DNA from: Chloroflexota bacterium
GTDB lineage: Bacteria > Chloroflexota > Limnocylindria > Limnocylindrales > CSP1-4
Length of the DNA stretch: 64,000 bases
Direction of reading: 5' to 3'
Assembly: GCA_040752335.1 (NCBI GenBank)
Contig: JBFMEV010000008.1
Location: forward strand, 3,272-67,271
In this document: piece after piece, positions 8,453-16,078 of the stretch
Numbering within the stretch: position 1 is the stretch's first letter
Layout of the letters: each line of letters begins with the position of its first letter
The notes under the pieces: model-generated
The model's database searches: none
What the model saw: the letters and a program-made list of their open reading frames with translations, nothing else
What the model was told of the DNA's origin: nothing
Made by a program: the position numbers and the translations under genes

Positions 8453-9082
8453 TCAGTCGCCGCCGTAGCGCTCTTCGAGCCACTGGTCGCCGCGGTTGTG
8501 GTAGCCGAGCGATTCCCAGAAGCCGGGCTCGTCGCGGTCGGTGATTCGCAGGCCCCGGATCCACTTGGCGCTCTTCCAGAAGTAGCGGGCCGGGACGACG
8601 AGCCGGGCCGGACCGCCGTGCTCGGGGCTGAGCGGCCGACCGTCGTACTCCCAGGCCACGAAGGCCGCGCCGTTGAGGACGTCGCCGAGCGGCAGGTTCG
8701 TCGTGTAGTCGCCGTCCGACCAGGCGATGACGAAGGCCGCCCGGTCGCCGAGCTCGACGCCCTCGAGGAGCGTGTCGACACTCACCCCGCGCCAGCGCAT
8801 GTCGAGCTTCGTCCACTTCGTGACGCAGCTGATGTCGACCGTCCAGTCCCGGGCCGGCAGGGCTCGGAAGGCATCCCAGGACCAGGTGACGGGCTCCCGG
8901 ACGAGGCCCTCGATCGTGAACGTCCAGCGATCGAGTGGGGTCCGCGGCGTGGGGCCGGCGGACAGGACCGGGAAGTCGGTCGTCAGGTACTGGCCCGGCG
9001 GCGTCCGGCGGGCCGCGTCAGCGGTGCCGCCGCCCCGGTCTCGACGGCCGGTGAAGCCCCGGGTGACGAACCGATCGACCAT
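8453..9082 (-). CDS. Sulfite-oxidase-like molybdopterin oxidoreductase (YedY/MsrP-type catalytic domain only)
   Basis: …WTFTIEGLV…VDISCVTKWTKLDMRWRGV…GGPARLVVPARYFWKSAKWIRGLRI… The internal ATG at 9082 is preceded by GGGGAGGG. The upstream part of the track ORF is Arg-rich and looks like shadow sequence. Confidence 0.82.
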   Translation of the reverse strand: MVDRFVTRGFTGRRDRGGGTADAARRTPPGQYLTTDFPVLSAGPTPRTPLDRWTFTIEGLVREPVTWSWDAFRALPARDWTVDISCVTKWTKLDMRWRGVSVDTLLEGVELGDRAAFVIAWSDGDYTTNLPLGDVLNGAAFVAWEYDGRPLSPEHGGPARLVVPARYFWKSAKWIRGLRITDRDEPGFWESLGYHNRGDQWLEERYGGD

Positions 9083-9311
9083 TCGATCCCTCCCCTCGAA
9101 CGAGCCCCACCCAGCGGCTCGTGGCGCGATGATGGCACGGCCGCCGACCCGTCGGGCGATCAGGTGGTCGTGAGGACCTGACCCAGTCGCCGCGCGAGCT
9201 CGGCCGCGGCCTGCCGGTCGGCCCGCGGCGCGACCTCGTCGCTGCGGTGCCACCGCGTGTCGGACGAGACGGCGGCGTACGGCCCGGCCCCTGCGGAGCG
9301 AAGATAGGGCC

Positions 9312-10313
9312 ATGCCCGCCTACCCCGAGACCTTCCGTGCCTACGTCGTGAACCGCGACGGCGACCGCTTCGAGCGCGGCCTCCGGAGCCTCGTCCTGGC
9401 CGACCTGCCCGACGGCGATGTCGAGATCCGGGTGGAGTGGTCGTCGGTCAACTTCAAGGACGGTCTCGCGGCGACGGCCGACGGCAAGGTCGCCCGGGCC
9501 TACCCGCTCGTACCGGGAATCGATCTCGCCGGGACGGTGATCCGCTCCGCCGTTTCGGCCTTCCGGCCGGGCGCCCAGGTCATCGCCCACGGCTACGACC
9601 TGGGGGTCAGTCGCCATGGCGGCTTCGCCGGCATGGCCCGCGTGCCGGCCGGGTGGGTCGTGCCGCTGCCGCCCGGGCTCACCCTCCGTGAGGCCATGGC
9701 CCTCGGCACGGCCGGCTTCACGGCCGGGCTGTCGGTCGTGGAGCTCGAGGCGCGGGGCCTGGCGCCGGCCGACGGCCCGATCCTCGTGACCGGCGCGACC
9801 GGCGGCGTGGGCAGCACCGCCGTCGCGATCCTCGCCGAGCTCGGCTACGAGGTCTGGGCAGCGACCGGCAAGAGCGACGAGCGGGCCTGGCTCGAGACGC
9901 TCGGCGCCGTTGGGTTCCTGACCCGCGACGAGGTCACGGCCGAGGGCCGACCCCTCGAATCCGAGCGCTGGGCCGGCGCCGTCGATTCCGTCGGCGCGGC
10001 GACCCTGCCATACATCCTGCGAACCCTCCGGCGGGGCGCGGCGGTCGCCGCCTGCGGCAACGCCTCCGGTCCGGCGCTGGTGACGACGGTCTTCCCGTTC
10101 ATCCTCCGCGGCACCGCCCTCCTGGGGATCGATTCGGCGTACCTCGCGATCGATAAGCGGCGCCGGGTCTGGGAGCGCCTCGCCACGGACCTGCGGCCGC
10201 GGTCGCTCGCCGAGCGCGTGACCGAGGTCACGCTCGAGACGCTCGAGCCGGCCCTCGACGCGATCCGGGCGGGCGAGGCTCGGGGCCGCTGGGTGGTCCG
10301 GATCGGGGGCTGA
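9312..10313 (+). CDS. MDR-family NADPH-dependent oxidoreductase (YhdH/AcuI-like)
   Basis: …EWSSVNFKDGLA…PLVPGIDLAGTV…VTGATGGVGSTAV… These are typical of the YhdH subfamily of zinc-free MDRs. Confidence 0.85.
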   Translation: MPAYPETFRAYVVNRDGDRFERGLRSLVLADLPDGDVEIRVEWSSVNFKDGLAATADGKVARAYPLVPGIDLAGTVIRSAVSAFRPGAQVIAHGYDLGVSRHGGFAGMARVPAGWVVPLPPGLTLREAMALGTAGFTAGLSVVELEARGLAPADGPILVTGATGGVGSTAVAILAELGYEVWAATGKSDERAWLETLGAVGFLTRDEVTAEGRPLESERWAGAVDSVGAATLPYILRTLRRGAAVAACGNASGPALVTTVFPFILRGTALLGIDSAYLAIDKRRRVWERLATDLRPRSLAERVTEVTLETLEPALDAIRAGEARGRWVVRIGG

Positions 10314-10425
10314 CAGGCGCGACGGTCAGCGGGGTTGGACCCTGGCGCCGTGGCCCCATCGTCCCGTTCGGAACGGGACCCTCTGGTGGCTTGCCGGGGA
10401 CCCCACCGCAGGCGAGGCTCGCTCC

Positions 10426-12486
10426 ATGTCCCGAACGCCGCGTCCCTCTCTCGACCGTCTGCTCCGCCTCGCGCTGGCCATCGGCCTGGCCGCCGTGGCC
10501 CTCCCGCTCGGCGCCCAACCCGTGGCCGCGAGCATCGTCCCGTCGGCCACGGTGACGAGCGAGCGGCTCGGCGGCGCCGATCGCTACGGCACGGCCGTCG
10601 CGATCTCGCAGCGACTCTTCCCGGACGGCGCCGCACCAGTCGCCTACCTCGTCTCGGGCGAGACCTTCGCCGACGCCCTCTCGGCCGGCCCCGCTGCGGC
10701 CCGGGCTGGTGGTGTCGTCCTGCTCACCGCGCGACTGACGCTTCCCGCGGTCGTCGAGGCCGAGCTCGTCCGGCTCGCGCCGCCGCGGGTCGTGGTCGTT
10801 GGTGGGCCTTCGGCCGTCTCCGGCGCCGTCATGGAGCGTGTCCGGACGGTGCTCGCCCCGTCTACCTCGATCGAGCGCGTCGCCGGCAGCGATCGCTACG
10901 AGACGAGCGCTCGGCTCGCTGCCGCGACATTCCCGGCCGGTGAGGCTGGAATCGTCTTCGTCGCGACGGGCACGAACTTCCCGGACGCGGTCGCCGCGGG
11001 ATCGGCCGCGGCCACCCTCGGGGCCGCAGTCCTCATCACCCGGCCCGACACCCTGCCGGCCTCGATCGCCGCCGAGCTGGCCCGCCTGGCGCCCGGCCGG
11101 GTCGTGATGGTGGGCAGCAGCGCGGCAGTCTCGGACAACGTCGGCATCGCCATCCGGGCGATCGTCGGCGACGTCTCACGCTCGAGCGGCCCGGATCGCT
11201 TTGCGACCGCCGCAGCGATTGCCAACGACTTCCTGCCGGACGCCGCCGCGATCGTCGTCGCCACCGGCCTCAATTACCCGGATGCCCTCGCGGCCGTCCC
11301 TCTGGCCGGCGTCCTGAGCGCCCCGATCCTCCTCGTTGAGCCCGAGAACGTGCCAGCCGTCACCCGAGATGCGATCCGGACTCGCGCTCCGAGCGGGATC
11401 ACCGTCGTCGGCGGGCCCCCCGCGGTGGAGCGGATCACCCTCGGCGAGCTCGTGGGCTGGGCCGACGGGCGGCTGAGCGTGCCGCCGCCGGGTCCCACCT
11501 ATCCGGGCTACGACTCGCGCTACCACGACTACGGCGAGATGCTGACCTACATTCGGGCCGCCGAGATCGCCTACCCCGACATCGTCCAGGTCCTCTCGAT
11601 CGGCAAGAGCTACTTCGGTCGTGACATCTGGGCGGCCAAGATCTCGGACAACGTGGCCCTCGACGAGGACGAGCCCGAGGTCCTGGTGGATGCGCTCCAC
11701 CACGCCCGCGAGCACCTGACCGTGGAGCACGCGTTGTACCTGCTCAAGGTCCTCGCCACCGGGTACGACGGGAGCTCGGAGGTGCAGCGCCTCGTCGACG
11801 AGCGCGAGGTCTGGATCGTCTTCGCCGTGAACCCCGACGGCTGGGACTACGACCTGACCGGCAGCCCCTATGTCGGCTGGCGCAAGAACCGCCAGCCGAA
11901 TGCCGGGACCTCGGCCGCCGGGATCGATCCGAACCGCAACTACGACTATCGCTGGGCCTGCTGCAATGGCTCATCCGGCAACCCATCGGCCTGGAACTAC
12001 CGTGGGCCGGCGCCGTGGAGCGCGACCGAGACGCGGGTCATGCGCGACTTCGTCCTCAGCCGCGTCATCGATGGTGAGCAGCAGATCAAGACCCACGTGA
12101 CGCTGCATACGAACGGCGAGCTGATCCTCTACCCGTATGGCTACACCAGGACGGACGTCCCGGCCGACATGACCCTCGACGATCACCGGACGTTCGTCGC
12201 CATGGCCCGGGCGATGGCTTCGATGAACGGCTACACGGCGCAGCAGTCGAGCGACCTGTACGTCACCGACGGCGACCAGATCGACTGGATGTACGCCGCC
12301 CAGGGGATCTTCTCGTTCACCTACGAGCTGTTCCCGACCGAGCAGGTCAGCTCCCACGCCGACCACGAGCCACCCGACGAATTCATCGCCGCCCAGACGG
12401 CCCGCAACCGCTCGGCGCTGCTCTATCTCATCGACATGGCGGCCTGCCCCTACGCCGCGATCGGCAAGGCCGGCCAGTACTGCTGA
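10426..12486 (+). CDS. Secreted M14 zinc carboxypeptidase with three N-terminal cell-wall-binding (CWB2-type) repeats
   Basis: Signal peptide present. There are 3 copies of a roughly 100-aa repeat (GADRYGTAVAIS…/GSDRYETSARLA…/GPDRFATAAAIA… each with …FADALSAGPAAA…LL). The M14 signatures HHAREHLT, NPDGWDY, NRNYDYRW and HTNGELILYPYGY follow. Confidence 0.85.
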   Translation: MSRTPRPSLDRLLRLALAIGLAAVALPLGAQPVAASIVPSATVTSERLGGADRYGTAVAISQRLFPDGAAPVAYLVSGETFADALSAGPAAARAGGVVLLTARLTLPAVVEAELVRLAPPRVVVVGGPSAVSGAVMERVRTVLAPSTSIERVAGSDRYETSARLAAATFPAGEAGIVFVATGTNFPDAVAAGSAAATLGAAVLITRPDTLPASIAAELARLAPGRVVMVGSSAAVSDNVGIAIRAIVGDVSRSSGPDRFATAAAIANDFLPDAAAIVVATGLNYPDALAAVPLAGVLSAPILLVEPENVPAVTRDAIRTRAPSGITVVGGPPAVERITLGELVGWADGRLSVPPPGPTYPGYDSRYHDYGEMLTYIRAAEIAYPDIVQVLSIGKSYFGRDIWAAKISDNVALDEDEPEVLVDALHHAREHLTVEHALYLLKVLATGYDGSSEVQRLVDEREVWIVFAVNPDGWDYDLTGSPYVGWRKNRQPNAGTSAAGIDPNRNYDYRWACCNGSSGNPSAWNYRGPAPWSATETRVMRDFVLSRVIDGEQQIKTHVTLHTNGELILYPYGYTRTDVPADMTLDDHRTFVAMARAMASMNGYTAQQSSDLYVTDGDQIDWMYAAQGIFSFTYELFPTEQVSSHADHEPPDEFIAAQTARNRSALLYLIDMAACPYAAIGKAGQYC

Positions 12487-12494
12487 CCGCGCGG

Positions 12495-12514
12495 CGCCCG
12501 CCGTCGGGCGGGCG
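12495..12514. terminator. GC hairpin between convergent genes (possible bidirectional terminator)
   Basis: CGCCCGCC-GTCG-GGCGGGCG is an 8-bp perfect stem. It sits exactly between the stop codons at 12486 (+) and 12515 (-). There is no U-tract. Confidence 0.45.
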
Positions 12515-13330
12515 TCAGTCGAGCTCGCCGCGAAGCTGGGCGAGGGCCCGGTCCAGGGGCTCGATCGAGCTCGCCGGGTCGAAGGGCATGGCGGCGAGCG
12601 CGGCCGGACGATCGAGCTCGCCGGCCTGGAGCCTCCGGGCGACGGCCACGACCGCCGCGAGGTCGGCAAGCTGGCGCTCGACGAAGGATCGATCGCCGAT
12701 CGAGCCGTGGCCCGGGACAACCGGTCCGCTGACGAGCGCCAGGAGTCGCTCCACCGTCGCCGGCCACTCGAGCGGGTAGCCATCGCCGAAGTAGGGGACC
12801 GCGTCGTTCTCCAGCAAGTCGCCGGCGAAGAGGACCCGGGCGTCGGGGACGACGATGACGATGTCGGCGTCGGTGTGGCCCCGACCGAGGAGCGTCAGCT
12901 CGACGGCACGACCGCCGACCTCGACCGTCGCGGCCTTGGCGAACGTCCGGTCGGGCGGGTCGATGACGACCGCCTCGATCTCGATGGCCAGGGCCGGCTC
13001 CTCGGCCGACACCCAGGCGCGCTGTGCCTCGCCGTTCTCGAGGAGTCGCGACCGGCATCGCTCGTGGCCCCAGATCGTGGCCGGCCGGAAGTCGTGGTTG
13101 CCGAAGACGTGGTCGTAGTGCCAGTGGCTGTCGATGACGTGGCGGACCGGGAGCGGCGTCAGGCGGCCGATGTCGGCGATGAGCTCGCGGGCCTGGCCCG
13201 GCGTCGTCCGGGTGTCGACGACGAGGGCCTCGCCGGCGCCGAGGACGACGCCGATCTGCTGGTCGTAGAAGCGGTAGCGCCGGGTGAAGACCCGGTCTCC
13301 GACCTCGAGCCAGTCCCCAACGCTGCTCAT
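12515..13330 (-). CDS. MBL-fold metallo-hydrolase
   Basis: HVIDSHWHYDH is the HxHxDH motif. Downstream motifs are …GHTDADI… and …PGHG… Start taken at MSSVGDWLEV. The longer track ORF adds an unlikely Arg-rich leader. Confidence 0.82.
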   Translation of the reverse strand: MSSVGDWLEVGDRVFTRRYRFYDQQIGVVLGAGEALVVDTRTTPGQARELIADIGRLTPLPVRHVIDSHWHYDHVFGNHDFRPATIWGHERCRSRLLENGEAQRAWVSAEEPALAIEIEAVVIDPPDRTFAKAATVEVGGRAVELTLLGRGHTDADIVIVVPDARVLFAGDLLENDAVPYFGDGYPLEWPATVERLLALVSGPVVPGHGSIGDRSFVERQLADLAAVVAVARRLQAGELDRPAALAAMPFDPASSIEPLDRALAQLRGELD

Positions 13331-13370
13331 TCGCGGATGGTATCGGGCGCCACGCCCCCGAACCCCAGAA

Positions 13371-13408
13371 ATCGTCATCCAGAACCGAGCCAACCGTTCG
13401 TCAACCGG
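13371..13408. repeat. Direct repeat copy A (38 bp; 33/38 identical to the copy at 14247-14284)
   Basis: ATCGTCATCCAGAACCGAGCCAACCGTTCGTCAACCGG. It lies 41 nt upstream (minus-strand sense) of the MBL hydrolase start. Confidence 0.8.
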
Positions 13409-13459
13409 GAATCGTCGGCCAGTCGGGGCACGCATGGATGGCGGTACCTGGACGTCGGA

Positions 13460-14176
13460 TCACGCACGGGGCGGCGTCCGCGACCGCCCGACGCGGTGAC
13501 GACCAGTCGCCTGGGTACTGATTGACAGAAACCAGAGCCCACGGATCGTTCCGGACGGTCGAGCCAGGAACCGCCGTACCTCCGAGGTCCGCGCCGGCAG
13601 GTGCGTGGCGAAGGTCGCTCCGACGGCCTGGACACGGCGACGATGCGTCCGCCCCTCGGCCACGACGAGGATCGTCGCGACGCGCTCGCACCTCCAGCCA
13701 CGGTCACGCGCTATTGCCGGACCCAGCCTGACCTTGCGGTCCAGCGTGGCGAGCGTGGCTTGGATGTCCGGGATGACCGACTTCACCTCGATGACGAGCA
13801 GCGTTCCCGTCGCCTCGTGGAGGGCAAGGACGTCGACGGACCCCCGCTCCCGGCCGATGGCGAACGTGACTTCGACGAGACAGCGCCAGCCGGCGCCCTG
13901 GAGCTCGCGGACCACCCGCTCGACGAGCGTGGCGTGGTCGGCGTCGAGGAGACGATCCAGGGCCTCGCCCTGCCAGTCGACACGCACGGTCAGCCTTGCT
14001 CCCAGCGCGTCGCAGATTCTCCGAAGGACGGCGGGCGTAACCCGGTCGGCGCCGCCGCGCTCGACGCGGGCGATCGACGACTGCGAGACTCGGGCTCGAC
14101 GACCGAGCTCCTTCTGCGGCCAGCCGAGTCAACGTCGAAGCGCGCGGATTGCGAGACCGAACCGAACAGGGTCCAT
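13460..14176 (-). pseudogene. XRE-type HTH + PD-(D/E)xK nuclease-fold protein interrupted by one in-frame TGA (codon 16)
   Basis: Hand translation from the ATG at 14176 gives MDPVRFGLAIRALRR*LGWPQKELGRRARVSQSSIARVERGGADRVTPAVLRRICDALGARLTVRVDWQGE… It runs in frame into the 175-aa track ORF. The stop is at 14129-14131. The C-terminal domain carries GSVDVLA…LLVIEVKS, a D…ExK motif. Confidence 0.65.
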
Positions 14177-14246
14177 CGTCGGACACGATGACGATGCCTG
14201 CTTGTCCGCGGCTCATCGGGAGGGGGAGGGGTGGCTCCAGGACTGA

Positions 14247-14284
14247 ATCGTCATCCAGAATCCAGGCAACTGTTCGTCGACCGG
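14247..14284. repeat. Direct repeat copy B (38 bp)
   Basis: ATCGTCATCCAGAATCCAGGCAACTGTTCGTCGACCGG. It lies 71 nt upstream (minus-strand sense) of the HTH-nuclease ATG. Confidence 0.8.
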
Positions 14285-14446
14285 TTCTCGTCGTTTGGTC
14301 GCCTGGTACATCCGTGCCGATCCAAGCCGACTCGGTCGACCGGGAGGTCACCGCGGTGACCGGCTGTCGCTGACGAGCAGTCGCTCGAGTTCTATACGAC
14401 GACGGGGCGGGCACTCGACCGGGTTCCACGCTACGCTCGCGAGGCG

Positions 14447-15298
14447 ATGACCTCGACCACCGACAGCGCGACGACCCGCGACGGCGTGCGCCTCCTCACC
14501 CGGCACTGGCCGGCCGCGGCGCCGCGGGCCGGCGTGCTGCTGGTCCATGGCCTCGGAGAGCACAGCGGGCGCTGGGAGCACGTCGGCGACCAGCTGGCCG
14601 CCGCCGGCCTGGAGACGTTCGGCTGGGACCATCGCGGTTTCGGGGCGTCGGGCGGCGAACGGGCCTGGATCGATCGCTGGTCTCGCCTCCACGACGACGT
14701 CGAGGGCCGCCTGGCCGCGGCCCGGGCGGCGCTGCCGGGCCTGCCGGTGGTCCTGTACGGCCACTCGATGGGCGGGCTCATCGCCCTCGGCTACGCCGTC
14801 GCCGAGCCGCCCCGGCCGGCCCCTGACCTGCTCGTCCTGTCGGCGCCGGGAATCGACGACGACGCCCCGCGCTGGAAGCACGCCCTGGCCCCGGTCCTGG
14901 CCCGGCTCGTGCCACGGCTCCGGATCGCCAACGGGGTTCCCCCGGAGATGCTGTCGCGTGACCCCGCCCGCCAGGAGGCGACGAGGACGGACCCGCTCAA
15001 CCTGGACGCATCGACGACCGGGTTCGGGGCGCGCTTCTTCGAGGAGCAGGCGCGCGTCCGCGCCGCTGCCGCCCGGCTCTCGATCCCGACGCTCGTCATC
15101 CACGGCCTGGACGACCCGATCGTGCCGCCGCGCTCGTCCGAGCCGCTGGCGGATCTCCCCGGCGTCACTCGGCGGGCCTACGCCGGGATCCGCCACGAGC
15201 TCCACAACGAGCCCGAGGGCCCCCAGATCCTGGCCGACGTCATCGCCTGGATCGACGACCACCTAGTCGCCACGCCGCCGGCGGCTGGGTCGGTGTAG
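14447..15298 (+). CDS. Alpha/beta hydrolase (lysophospholipase / monoacylglycerol-lipase-like)
   Basis: The nucleophile elbow is GHSMGG. HGLGEHSGRW is an oxyanion-region motif. The C-terminal …GIRHELHNEP… supplies the catalytic His. Confidence 0.85.
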   Translation: MTSTTDSATTRDGVRLLTRHWPAAAPRAGVLLVHGLGEHSGRWEHVGDQLAAAGLETFGWDHRGFGASGGERAWIDRWSRLHDDVEGRLAAARAALPGLPVVLYGHSMGGLIALGYAVAEPPRPAPDLLVLSAPGIDDDAPRWKHALAPVLARLVPRLRIANGVPPEMLSRDPARQEATRTDPLNLDASTTGFGARFFEEQARVRAAAARLSIPTLVIHGLDDPIVPPRSSEPLADLPGVTRRAYAGIRHELHNEPEGPQILADVIAWIDDHLVATPPAAGSV

Positions 15299-15317
15299 GA
15301 TCGACCCACAACTGAAG

Positions 15318-15412
15318 ATCGCCTCCGGGGAGCGCCGCAGCGCTGAGAGTGTGGCAGGGGCCACAGACCCGCCGAACCTGATCCGGCTCGTACCGGCGAA
15401 GGAAGCAGGCCT
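15318..15412 (+). promoter_or_regulatory. TPP (THI-box) riboswitch
   Basis: …CGGGGAGCGCCGCAGCGCUGAGAGUGUGGCAGGGGCCACAGACCCGCCGAACCUGAUCCGGCUCGUACCGGCGAAGGAAG… It carries the conserved CUGAGA, ACCC and GAACCUGAUCCGG…ACCGGCG…GGA elements. It sits directly upstream of an HMP/thiamine ECF transporter. Confidence 0.85.
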
Positions 15413-15472
15413 ATTCGAGCTCGATGCCGCCCTCCCGGGGGCGGCGTCTCTGCACTCGGAGGATCTGCAGCC

Positions 15473-16078
15473 ATGACCACCACCACCGCCGGATCGGCCG
15501 GGGCGTCCCCGGGCCTGCTGATCGACACTCGCTGGCGCACTCGCGACATCCTCGTGACCGCCGTCATCGGCGTCGCCTTCGGCGTCGTCTTCTGGGCCTG
15601 GGGAGCCGCGGCCTGGCCGGCGCTCGCTCCGCTCAACGGCGCCGTCCCCGTGTTCCAGGACCTCTTCTACGCCGTCTGGCTCGTGCCGGCCGTGCTCGCT
15701 CCGTTGATCGTCCGCAAGCCGGGCGCGGCCCTCTTCGCCGAGATGGTGGCTGCCGGCCTGTCCGCGCTCCTCGGCAGCCAGTGGGGGGTCGACACGCTCC
15801 TGTCCGGGTTCGTCCAGGGAGCGGCCGCCGAGCTCGTCTTCGCCTTCACCCTCTACCGCGCCTGGACGCTGCCGGTCCTCGCCGTGGCCGCTGTCGCCAG
15901 CGCCGCCGCGGCCTGGATTCACGACTGGGTCTTCTACTACCCGGAGGTCGCGATCGAGATCCAGGTCGCGCGCGGCATCGCGATGGCGATCTCGGCGGTC
16001 GTGATCGTGGCATTCGGGTCGCAGGCGCTCGCTCGATCGCTCCGACGGGCAGGCGTCCTGGAAGGGTTCCCCGACTGA
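15473..16078 (+). CDS. ykoE: ECF transporter S (substrate-capture) component, YkoE-like (HMP/thiamine precursor)
   Basis: About 6-TM small membrane protein. GGAGGA lies 8 nt upstream of the ATG. It is followed by a duplicated ATPase and a T component, and preceded by the TPP riboswitch. Confidence 0.8.
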   Translation: MTTTTAGSAGASPGLLIDTRWRTRDILVTAVIGVAFGVVFWAWGAAAWPALAPLNGAVPVFQDLFYAVWLVPAVLAPLIVRKPGAALFAEMVAAGLSALLGSQWGVDTLLSGFVQGAAAELVFAFTLYRAWTLPVLAVAAVASAAAAWIHDWVFYYPEVAIEIQVARGIAMAISAVVIVAFGSQALARSLRRAGVLEGFPD

